A DNA stretch of 64,000 nt from a virus. Both the position numbers and the translations under genes were made by a program. Shown here in pieces: positions 47,715 through 56,631 of this stretch; the first letter of the stretch is position 1; each line of letters starts with the position of its first letter. The notes under the pieces were generated by a model, which ran no database searches, was not told the origin of the DNA, and saw only the letters and a list, made by a program, of their open reading frames with translations. The stretch covers positions 23,524 through 87,523 of the IMG/VR virus record IMGVR_UViG_3300035663_000004. One strand, given 5' to 3'.

Positions 47715-50351
47715 ATGAGTTTTGAAATTTCACAACTGAAGGCCCGCACAGACATTGTCGAGGTAGTCGGGCGGCGCGTGTCACTTGCGAAACGCGGACA
47801 GGAATGGGTAGGAATCTGCCCGTTCCATAATGACACGAAGGCGTCCCTGCAGGTAAATGAAAAAAAACAGGTGTTCGCCTGTTTTGCCTGCGGAAAATCC
47901 GGGGACGTGTTGGATTTTCTGACTGAAATGGGCGCGACATTTCCTGAAGCGGTCGCGGAACTATCCGGCGAAGCGCTAAACACGCACACGCCCGAAAAGG
48001 TGCATATTGACCGGAAAAAACCCGTGCAATGGCAGCGGGCTACGCCGGTTCCGACGCCGGGGCAGATCGTGCATTACCGATACGGCGCGCCGTCGCGGGT
48101 ATGGGAGTACCGCACCGCCGACGGACAACTGGACGGGCTGATCTGCCGTTTCGATACGCCGGAAGGCAAGCAGATTGTGCCGTACACGTTCCGCACAGAC
48201 GGCACGCGCCGTGAATGGCGATGGCAGGGGTTCGACGTTCCGAGACCGCTGTACCAACTTGACCGCATCGCCGGAAATCCGGCAGCAACGGTGCTGATCG
48301 TGGAGGGCGAAAAGGCTGCCGACGCCGCACAGTCCCTGCTGCCGCACGTCGTTGCAACCTGCTGGCAGGGGGGCGCGCGGGCGGTGCATAACACGGATTG
48401 GGGGCCGCTGGCCGGGCGAAAAGTCGTGATATGGCCTGACAATGATGCGCCCGGCGTAATGGCAATGCTTGACGTCTGGGCTGCAATCCGCGAAAAATGC
48501 CCGGCGGTGAAGTGGATTACGAACGCGCCGGAATTGCCGGAAAAATGGGATATCGCAGACGCCGAATGGACGGCCGACCAGGCACTTGCGTACGTTCGCG
48601 CGCATATCGGGAACGTACCGAACGCTGGGAGCGCAGCGCCTGGTATGAGCACACAGGGCGGAGATGACGCGCCGCCAATGCCGGAGCCGCCTGAATTGGA
48701 ATACAACCCACCGCCTGATGACTTCGGTGCTGATGCGGAAGATATGCGCGAAGACCCGTTCCGGGTGCTTGGGTTTTTCAAGCAGGACGAACAGACGGTA
48801 TATGCGTTTTTTTCGGAACTGCAACACCAGGTTCATGTTCTGAAGCCTTCGAGCCTGACCGCGCCCAATCTGCTGCTGCTCGCGCCGCTGGATTATTGGC
48901 AGACGTATTTTCCGAAATCAAAATCGAAATCTTCGTTCGACGTTGAAACGGCAATGAATTGGCTGATGCGGCAGGGCGATCAGGCGGGGGTATATTCGCC
49001 GACGAACACGCGCGGACGCGGGGCATGGATGGATAGCGGACGCGTGGTAATACACCACGGCGACGGGCTGGTGGTGGACGGGCGGCGGCACAGGTTAGGC
49101 GGGATAGATACCCGGTATATGTACGAGGCAAGCACGCCGCTATCTTTTCCGACGGAAAACCCGCTGACTAATAAGGAGGCTAACAGGCTGATGGAGGTAA
49201 TGGGGCTGGTGAACTGGGAGCGCCCCGTGAATGCGCACCTGCTTGCCGGCTGGTGTGTAATAGCGCCAATATGCGGCGCGCTGAAATGGAGGCCGCATGT
49301 ATGGATCACCGGCGCGGCAGGCACGGGGAAATCGTGGGTGTTCAACCAGATCGTACGGCGCTTGCTCGGGCGCAACGTGCTGGCTGTGCAGTCGGAAACA
49401 TCGGAGGCTGGTATCCGGCAGACGATTAAGAACGACGCGCTGCCAATCGTGTTCGATGAAGCGGAGGGCGAAGATAAGCGCTCGCGGGAACGCATGGAGG
49501 CGGTATTGTCCCTGATGCGGGCTTCGAGCGCCGAGGACGGCGGGGTGATGTTGAAGGGTTCGGCCGGAGGGCGCGCGCAGATGTACCGGATTAGATCGTG
49601 CTTCGCATTCGCTTCAATCGGCGTGCAGATCACGCAGGCGTCCGATCGGGGCCGCGTGTCTATATTGGCGCTTAACAAGCCGTCGGACGCCGTACGCGCT
49701 GAACGCTGGGAAAAACTGAAGGTATTACACCGTGAGATTATTACGCCTGAGTTCGTGAAGCGCCTGCAGGCCCGCACCGTTTCGATTATGCCCGTAATAC
49801 TTCACAACGCCGATACGTTCGCCGACGCCGTCGCGTATGAACTGGGGGAACAACGCGCTGGCGACCAATTAGGCGCACTGCTGGCTGGCGCTTACAGCCT
49901 GTTTTCGTCTAATGAAATCCAGTTCGATGCGGCGGTGGAATGGGTGAAGGGGCAGAACTGGGAAGAAGAGCGTGGTTCCGACCTTTCACGGGATGAAACC
50001 GTGCTGCTGGCACGCCTGACGGATCAGATCGTACGGGTGGACGGGCCGAATCTGGAGCGAACGGTGGGCGAACTGGTGCTTATCGCAAGTAACGAGGTAT
50101 TCGATGACGTAATATCGAGCAAGGTAGCACACGATCGCCTGCTGCGCATGGGCTTCAAGGTAGACGGAGATTTTTTCTTCGTATCGCAATCGCATCACGC
50201 CGTGCTGAAGGCGCTCGAAAACAGCCCCTGGGTGAAGTCCGTCGGGCGAACGTTGCTGCGAATTGACGGAGCCGTGCAGATCACTTCTGCCCGCTTCGGG
50301 CCGGGGCACCAATCGCGCGCGGTTCGCGTGCCGATCGAACGGCTGAAATAA
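47715..50351 (+). CDS. DNA primase-helicase (CHC2 Zn finger, TOPRIM, P-loop ATPase)
   Basis: CPFH...CFAC; VEGEK.AD; WPDND; GAAGTGKS; FDEAE. Confidence 0.92.
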   Translation: MSFEISQLKARTDIVEVVGRRVSLAKRGQEWVGICPFHNDTKASLQVNEKKQVFACFACGKSGDVLDFLTEMGATFPEAVAELSGEALNTHTPEKVHIDRKKPVQWQRATPVPTPGQIVHYRYGAPSRVWEYRTADGQLDGLICRFDTPEGKQIVPYTFRTDGTRREWRWQGFDVPRPLYQLDRIAGNPAATVLIVEGEKAADAAQSLLPHVVATCWQGGARAVHNTDWGPLAGRKVVIWPDNDAPGVMAMLDVWAAIREKCPAVKWITNAPELPEKWDIADAEWTADQALAYVRAHIGNVPNAGSAAPGMSTQGGDDAPPMPEPPELEYNPPPDDFGADAEDMREDPFRVLGFFKQDEQTVYAFFSELQHQVHVLKPSSLTAPNLLLLAPLDYWQTYFPKSKSKSSFDVETAMNWLMRQGDQAGVYSPTNTRGRGAWMDSGRVVIHHGDGLVVDGRRHRLGGIDTRYMYEASTPLSFPTENPLTNKEANRLMEVMGLVNWERPVNAHLLAGWCVIAPICGALKWRPHVWITGAAGTGKSWVFNQIVRRLLGRNVLAVQSETSEAGIRQTIKNDALPIVFDEAEGEDKRSRERMEAVLSLMRASSAEDGGVMLKGSAGGRAQMYRIRSCFAFASIGVQITQASDRGRVSILALNKPSDAVRAERWEKLKVLHREIITPEFVKRLQARTVSIMPVILHNADTFADAVAYELGEQRAGDQLGALLAGAYSLFSSNEIQFDAAVEWVKGQNWEEERGSDLSRDETVLLARLTDQIVRVDGPNLERTVGELVLIASNEVFDDVISSKVAHDRLLRMGFKVDGDFFFVSQSHHAVLKALENSPWVKSVGRTLLRIDGAVQITSARFGPGHQSRAVRVPIERLK

Positions 50352-50463
50352 TCCGGCGTTATCCGGCTGAAAAAAGTATTTTTGCAGCCGATAATGTTGT
50401 GTGGCCCTGCGTTCGCTTTGAGCGCGGGGTTTTTTTCGTATATTTGCAGCGAAAAACAATTGA

Positions 50464-50670
50464 ATGCAAACGGACGCCGAAAAGCCGCTGAAACTGAACG
50501 CGCGCGAATTGATATACATATTTTCTCTAATTATTGCCCTGCTGGGGCAATGGTTCTCGCACAAGGCGGCGCTGAACGAGGCCGTACTGAACCTGAAAGC
50601 CGAACAGTCGCTGCTGAAACTGGAACTATCGGTACTGAAGGCGCAGATTGAAAAAATGGATAGGAGATAA
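50464..50670 (+). CDS. single-TM plus coiled-coil protein (holin candidate)
   Basis: LIYIFSLIIALLGQWF; start of lysis cluster after TATATTTG. Confidence 0.5.
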   Translation: MQTDAEKPLKLNARELIYIFSLIIALLGQWFSHKAALNEAVLNLKAEQSLLKLELSVLKAQIEKMDRR

Positions 50671-50702
50671 AAAAACGGAGCCAAAATCCGTATGAAATAC
50701 AG

Positions 50703-51239
50703 ATGAAAGAATACTACTTACTGGCAATATCCGGCTTATTCGCCCTGCCTGGCTGTGTGTTGCAATCGAAAATCGCGGAGGACATGCAGGCGCATCAAAC
50801 GGCAATAGACAGTATAATTGCCGAATATGAGCGAAACAACGGCGTTGTGCTGTTACGGGAGTTCAATTACGCCGAACTGGCAGCCGTTGAACTGCCGCCG
50901 GATACCGCCGTCGTGGAAATGCTGGCCGAGGCCGTCGCCCAGTCCGAACAGGTGGTGCATACGGATACGCACACAATCACGCTCACGCCGATCACGCAGG
51001 CCGACGGCACGCGCCGAATTAAGGTGCAGGCCGTCACGAAGCCACGCAAGGTGCAGGCGGTACAGGCAACACGAACGGACGGGAAGCGCGCAGGGGCAGG
51101 CACAGGAGCGAAGTCGGGCGCAAGAGCGGGCGAATATAACAACGAGACAGGAAGCACAGCCCTGATCGAAAATTTGTATCTTATTCTGACAATTATAATG
51201 ACCATGGGGTTCATTGCATACCTGAAAAAAAGAAAATAA
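50703..51239 (+). CDS. putative unimolecular spanin
   Basis: Lipobox LPG-C and C-terminal TM followed by KKRK; next to endolysin. Confidence 0.6.
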   Translation: MKEYYLLAISGLFALPGCVLQSKIAEDMQAHQTAIDSIIAEYERNNGVVLLREFNYAELAAVELPPDTAVVEMLAEAVAQSEQVVHTDTHTITLTPITQADGTRRIKVQAVTKPRKVQAVQATRTDGKRAGAGTGAKSGARAGEYNNETGSTALIENLYLILTIIMTMGFIAYLKKRK

Positions 51240-51242
51240 CGC

Positions 51243-52031
51243 ATGGGGAAAACGCATAAGTTGTTCAATCGGGAGGCTGAAAAGGCCGGAGCCGGGAACG
51301 CGCAGGCGACACAGCCGACGGCTGACGCGGTGAAAACACAGGCAACGCAGCCGACCGCCAACGCGCTGAAATTGCAGGCAACGCAGCCGACGCTGGCAAC
51401 GCGCATTGTACAATACATGACGGCGAAGGGCTACGCCCTGGCACGCAAGGCCGGGGAAGTGAACATCGTGTACATCGAAGGCGCAGACTCCGACGGAACG
51501 CCGAACGCAGACCGCATAGACGGCTGGAATGACCGCCGGATTGTTATCATGTTCGAGATGGACGGGAATCACCCGGTGATCGTACACAATGCCGAGGCAA
51601 CCACGGAGCCGGGACTGGCAGCCACGAACAGCGAAGGCGCACGCCGTCGCGGAGGCGTGGCGCGTATTCAATTCGGGCAGTTCGCCGTCTGGCAGATGGG
51701 GTTCCACCGACAGGCAACGCAGGGGCCTAATCACCCGGCGCTGGTGCAACGTCGCCCGCTTCGAGTGCATCGTGACGCTAACCGCGACGGCAAGCGCACA
51801 GGCGATGCGCTGGACTGGGCGGAGGGTATTAACCAGCACAGCACGCGGGTAGGCATAAGGCCGGAGCGCGTTGGCTGGTGGTCGGAAGGCTGTCTTGTTG
51901 GGCGGTCGTGGATATTGCACGAACAGTTTATTCAACTTTGCCGGCGCGACCCGCGTTATATTGCCGATCCGAATTTCTTTTTTCCGACAACGATCATTGC
52001 AGGTGACGACTTCGCCCGCAAAACGAAATAA
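51243..52031 (+). CDS. putative endolysin (His/Cys peptidase-like)
   Basis: VNIVYIEG; WNDR; ATTEPG; RDANRDG; GINQH...WSEGCLV. Confidence 0.75.
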   Translation: MGKTHKLFNREAEKAGAGNAQATQPTADAVKTQATQPTANALKLQATQPTLATRIVQYMTAKGYALARKAGEVNIVYIEGADSDGTPNADRIDGWNDRRIVIMFEMDGNHPVIVHNAEATTEPGLAATNSEGARRRGGVARIQFGQFAVWQMGFHRQATQGPNHPALVQRRPLRVHRDANRDGKRTGDALDWAEGINQHSTRVGIRPERVGWWSEGCLVGRSWILHEQFIQLCRRDPRYIADPNFFFPTTIIAGDDFARKTK

Positions 52032-52068
52032 GCAGAGCAGTAGAATTAGGTATAAGTTGTTTCATGAC

Positions 52069-52104
52069 TTAGCGCCCCGTCGTAAGATAGGGCGCTATTT
52101 TTTT
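52069..52104 (+). terminator. intrinsic terminator
   Basis: TAGCGCCC...GGGCGCTA followed by T7. Confidence 0.75.
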
Positions 52105-52129
52105 GCCCTTGGGCATCCAGCCCCATCCA

Positions 52130-52503
52130 TGTAAACAAAATCCTGTTTACACTTGGCTTTTGTTTGCAAAAAAATTCACACAGTTACGCTTAGAGTATCA
52201 ACAAGTTACATATTTTGTCAACAATGTAAACAGAAAAAGGAATATATACCCCTATATACATAGATATACACCTATACCTATTGTTAAAAATTAAAAAAAC
52301 TTTCCATGGGGATATATTTATTTATTTATTTGTTTACAAATAAATATATAATATAAAAGAGGTCTGATAATCAAAGAGTTACGGCGAAAAAAGTGTAAAC
52401 GAAGGTCTGTTTACACCTGTTTACACATGTTTATAAATAATTGATTAACAATCATTTAGGTGTAAACAAGTCTTGTTTACACTTCAAAAAAAGGCCGTTT
52501 ACA
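52130..52503. other. putative replication origin with TGTTTACA iterons
   Basis: AT-rich gap holding about ten (T)GTTTACA/TGTAAAC(A) copies in both orientations. Confidence 0.65.
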
Positions 52504-52539
52504 AGGGTTTTTTGGGGCGAAAAACGTATCTTTGTCGCC

Positions 52540-53133
52540 ATGATTGAAATCAATGTAAGAAAAGCCATTGCAGACGCCCGACGGGAGTTTTCTGACCTGA
52601 ACGATAAGAGTATTGCCGTCGGTATTGCCCGCGCTATTAACCGAACGCTGGAGCAGTCGAAAACTGCCGCACGGCGTGAAATCCAAACGGTGTATAAGAT
52701 TCGGGCAAGAGACGTGAACCGGGCTATGATTATACGCCGCGCTGTTGCCCGTCAGATCGCGCAGCACGGCATGTTATTAGCGCAAGGTGTGAAACTACCG
52801 CTTATCGGGTTTGGGGCAAGGCAGGGAAAACGCGGGGTATCAGTGAACGTAATGGGAACCCGCAAGTTAGTGCGTTCGGCATTCATTACCAATATGCCCA
52901 GCGGAGGCCGGGGTGTATATGCACGGGGCGTGTACAATGGTAACGAATTTCAGTACCGAAATAAGCGCCTGCGAAAAAATGGAAACGACCTCCCGATCAC
53001 GCAACTTACCAGCGTGTCAGTGCCGAAGGCTATGTCGCACAATACCGTCCTGAAACACCTTGCTGATACGATTAACCAGAAGTTCCCGCAACGCCTCACG
53101 CACGAACTAATGCGCATACGGACGGGGGGGTAG
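52540..53133 (+). CDS. minor tail/neck protein (lambda gpZ-like)
   Basis: ARAINRT......A.REI...Y.I; AFI..M.SG..GV..R. Confidence 0.75.
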   Translation: MIEINVRKAIADARREFSDLNDKSIAVGIARAINRTLEQSKTAARREIQTVYKIRARDVNRAMIIRRAVARQIAQHGMLLAQGVKLPLIGFGARQGKRGVSVNVMGTRKLVRSAFITNMPSGGRGVYARGVYNGNEFQYRNKRLRKNGNDLPITQLTSVSVPKAMSHNTVLKHLADTINQKFPQRLTHELMRIRTGG

Positions 53134-53397
53134 TGTGTAGGTGTCGGGGGTAGTGTCTATACGGGTGTGCCGGGACAGTATGATGGGCGTGGCATAGGGT
53201 ACGGGGCGGAATTGGGGGTACGGGTTTAGGTTCTCCGCAGGTAGGACGTTCTGCGCGGCCCCGACGCCCGAAATTTCGCCAGCGAGCCGCTGTCCGTTTC
53301 TTACGCGACCAGCCGCCTCCGAGCAACCCCTACGGGCGGCTGGCCGGCCCAAAAAAATATTTGCGTACTTCCCAAAACCTTGCGTACCTTTGCTGCG

Positions 53398-53961
53398 ATG
53401 AAAATGGAAGTCACATACATTCACCCTGACCGCTTACGCCCGTACGAAGGTAACGCCCGTACGCACACGCCGGAACAGGTAGCGCAAATCGCTGCTTCGA
53501 TTAAGGAGTTTGGGTTTACGAACCCGATTATCTGCGACGGCGGTAATACCGTTATTGCCGGGCATGGTCGCCTGTTGGCCGCCGAACGTCTGGGACTTGA
53601 CGCCGTCCCCGTCATACGGCTTACGCACCTGTCCGAACGCCAACGTCGGGCGCTGACGCTGGCAGACAACCGCATCGGGCTATCTTCCGGCTGGGACTTT
53701 GAGCGCCTGGCTGTTGAAATCGAGGCGCTGGCAGACGCCGACTTCGATATTGACCTGCTGGGGTTCGATGAGCAGGAAATTTCCGCGTTGCTAAAAAGCG
53801 ATGCAGGGATATTGCCCGAGGGGTGGGCTGGGGACGCCGGGGTAGGAAATGAGCCGAATCAATTAGAAAAAACGTATATCGAAAATACAAATACGGATAT
53901 TCAAAAAAAATCCGGCAAAAAATGCAAGTGCCCAAACTGTAACTTCTGCTTCGATGCGTGA
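53398..53961 (+). CDS. ParB/Srx-like domain protein
   Basis: L.PY..NARTH...QV.QIAASI.EFGFTNPI; IAGHGR; LADNR; C-terminal CPNC. Confidence 0.9.
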   Translation: MKMEVTYIHPDRLRPYEGNARTHTPEQVAQIAASIKEFGFTNPIICDGGNTVIAGHGRLLAAERLGLDAVPVIRLTHLSERQRRALTLADNRIGLSSGWDFERLAVEIEALADADFDIDLLGFDEQEISALLKSDAGILPEGWAGDAGVGNEPNQLEKTYIENTNTDIQKKSGKKCKCPNCNFCFDA

Positions 53962-54502
53962 CACTAACACCATATCCCTCCGCGAGTTCGCCCGCCGCCT
54001 GTCCGTAACCGAGGGCGCTGTGCGCAAGGCGATTAAGGACGGCAAGATCGTGAAGGGCGTGCAGTACGACGAAAAAAACCGACCGGCTATTCTGCTGGTC
54101 GTCGCTGCCAAGGAATGGGGGCGCAATTTCAATCCGGCCTATCCACGAAACGAGGTGTTCTACGGGAAACTTGAGGCGGCGTCAGAGGGTGGAACGCCCG
54201 CGCCGGAATCGCAGGGGCGCAGCCTTGTAGAGATTAAGAAAATGCACGCCGAGATTAAGTTGCAACTTGAGGCGATTGAACTGCGAAAAGCAAAAAATGA
54301 ACTGGTAGATAAGAAAAAAGTCTATGCGCAACTTTTTGCAATGGGGCAGGAAGTGCGCGCGGCATTCCAGGCAATACCCGACCGCGTGACGGATACCGTA
54401 CTTGCGGCGCGTGACCGTGCTGAGGCGCACAAGGTAATATCCGACGCTATTGCGGATACGCTCACGCAGTTGTCGGATATTACGAAGCGCGATATTAACT
54501 AA
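53954..54502 (+). CDS. terminase small subunit
   Basis: N-terminal HTH SLREFARRL.V...AVRKAI..G; coiled coil plus ELV; precedes terL. Confidence 0.8.
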   Translation: MRDTNTISLREFARRLSVTEGAVRKAIKDGKIVKGVQYDEKNRPAILLVVAAKEWGRNFNPAYPRNEVFYGKLEAASEGGTPAPESQGRSLVEIKKMHAEIKLQLEAIELRKAKNELVDKKKVYAQLFAMGQEVRAAFQAIPDRVTDTVLAARDRAEAHKVISDAIADTLTQLSDITKRDIN

Positions 54503-54527
54503 CGCAACACGCAACACACAACACCGC

Positions 54528-56372
54528 ATGGCATACGAACTGATTACGGGCTTCCTTTCCGGGCTGCGACCTGAACCGTCGCTAACCGTCTCGGAGTGGG
54601 CCGACCGTCACCGGCTCCTGTCGTCCACTGCATCGAGCGAGCCGGGACTGTGGCGAACGGCGCGCACCCCGTATCTGCGTGAAATACTCGACCGCCTGTC
54701 TGCCAATGACCCGACGCAGAAGATTATAGTAATGAAAGGCGCGCAATTAGGGTTCACCGAGGCGGGCTGCAACTGGATAGGGTACGTCATTGACGCCGCG
54801 CCGGGGCCGATGCTGGCAGTTATGCCGACGGACGAAACCGTGAAGCGAAATAGCAAGATGCGTATCGCGCCGATGATTGAAGCGACGCCGCGCCTGCGCG
54901 ACAAGATCGCACCGGTGCGCAGCCGTGACGGGGACAACAACACAACGCAGAAATCTTTTCCGGGTGGCGTGCTGGTATTATCCGGCGCTAATTCGGCGGT
55001 GGGCCTGCGCTCTATGCCGGTGCGGTACCTTTTTCTTGACGAAGTGGACGCCTACCCGGATGACCTGGACGGCGAGGGATCCCCGATTGACCTTGCGCTC
55101 GCTCGCACCCGCACCTTTGCGCGTCGAAAAATCTACATTGTTTCGACGCCGGTAACGGCGGGCGCGTCCGTCGTGGAACGCGAATTTTTCGGAACCGATC
55201 AGCGGTACTATCACGTTCCATGTCCGCATTGCGGCGCCCTGCAAAAATTAGTCTGGGAGCAGGTGCGCTGGGAAACCGGGCAGCCGGAAACAGCGAAGTA
55301 CGAATGCGCGCATTGTGCTGAACTGATCGAAGAGCGTTATAAGCCGCTGATGCTGGAATCCGGGCATTGGACGCCTGAAGCGCCGGATAACGAGACCGCT
55401 CGCGTGGCAGGGTATCATATCAATTCGCTATATTCGCCGTACGGCTGGTATTCATGGACGGACGCCGTGCGCGACTGGGAGGAGGCGCAGAAAGACGTGA
55501 ACAAGTTGAAGGCATTCACGAACACCGTGCTGGGGCTGCCGTGGGAGGAACAGGGCGAAGTGCCCGCATGGGAACTACTGTACAACCGCCGGGAAACATA
55601 CCCGATCAACCGCCCGCCGAAATCCGTTATCGTGCTGACGTGCGGCGTGGACGTGCAGAAAGATCGAATCGAACTTGAAGTAGTAGGCTGGGGAAAATCT
55701 AAAAGGTCGTGGTCGGTGGACTACCGCGTGCTGGTGGGCAATACCTCCGATCACGCCGTCTGGCAAGAACTCGCGAAAGTGGTAGGCGAAACATGGGAGC
55801 GCGAAGATGGCGTGTCGCTCTCCCTTGCGCGCATGTGCGTGGATAGCGGGTACAATACTACGCAGGTGTATGACTTTTGCAGGCGCTTCGACCCGACCCG
55901 CGTGGTGCCGATCAAGGGACAGGAAAAACAGCCGGTGATGGTAACGACCCCGCGCGCCGTTGACCGCACACGCGACGGGAAACCGGCCGGGGCGCTGGGG
56001 CTATACAACGTCGGCGTTTCGATCATCAAATCCGAACTGTACGGCTGGCTGAAACTGCACAAGGACGAAGCGGGCAACGCGCCTGCCGGATATTGCCACT
56101 TCCCGGAATACGGGCCGAACTTTTTTAAGGGCCTGACGGCGGAAAAATTGCAGAAAAAAATGATTCGCGGGTTCGCTCAATGGGAATGGGTGAAACACTT
56201 CGACCGCAATGAACCACTGGACTGCCGGGTGTACGCCCGCGCTGCCGCATCGCTGGTCGGTATTGACCGCTGGGAGGATCAGCACTTCGACGCGTTCCAG
56301 GCGAAATATACCGGCCGAACGCCGCAGCCGCGTGCTGAGGAAACGCCGAAAAGAAAATCTAATTTCTGGTAG
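54528..56372 (+). CDS. terminase large subunit (lambda GpA family)
   Basis: TVSEWAD; RTPYLRE; KGAQLG.TE; DEVD; STP; GVDVQ; RNEPLDC.VYA. Confidence 0.96.
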   Translation: MAYELITGFLSGLRPEPSLTVSEWADRHRLLSSTASSEPGLWRTARTPYLREILDRLSANDPTQKIIVMKGAQLGFTEAGCNWIGYVIDAAPGPMLAVMPTDETVKRNSKMRIAPMIEATPRLRDKIAPVRSRDGDNNTTQKSFPGGVLVLSGANSAVGLRSMPVRYLFLDEVDAYPDDLDGEGSPIDLALARTRTFARRKIYIVSTPVTAGASVVEREFFGTDQRYYHVPCPHCGALQKLVWEQVRWETGQPETAKYECAHCAELIEERYKPLMLESGHWTPEAPDNETARVAGYHINSLYSPYGWYSWTDAVRDWEEAQKDVNKLKAFTNTVLGLPWEEQGEVPAWELLYNRRETYPINRPPKSVIVLTCGVDVQKDRIELEVVGWGKSKRSWSVDYRVLVGNTSDHAVWQELAKVVGETWEREDGVSLSLARMCVDSGYNTTQVYDFCRRFDPTRVVPIKGQEKQPVMVTTPRAVDRTRDGKPAGALGLYNVGVSIIKSELYGWLKLHKDEAGNAPAGYCHFPEYGPNFFKGLTAEKLQKKMIRGFAQWEWVKHFDRNEPLDCRVYARAAASLVGIDRWEDQHFDAFQAKYTGRTPQPRAEETPKRKSNFW

Positions 56373-56395
56373 AGAAAAATTGTATCTTTGCGGGC

Positions 56396-56608
56396 ATGTA
56401 CACACTCGAGCAATACACGACGCTGAAGGCCGCAATCGCGCAGGGGGCGCTGATGGTGCAGTACGCTGATAAGCGGGTGCAATACCGGAGCCTGTCCGAG
56501 ATGCTGGAAATACTGAAACTAATGGAGCAGGAACTGGGCATCGGCAGCGGGGCGGCAACGTTCCAGGGGACGCGCCGGGTGGCACAATACGATAAGGGGT
56601 TCCAGTAG
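56396..56608 (+). CDS. head-tail joining protein (gpW-like)
   Basis: L..AIA.G...V.Y.D..V.YRSL.EM. Confidence 0.85.
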   Translation: MYTLEQYTTLKAAIAQGALMVQYADKRVQYRSLSEMLEILKLMEQELGIGSGAATFQGTRRVAQYDKGFQ

Positions 56609-56631
56609 CCTGCACACACATACAGAAAAAC

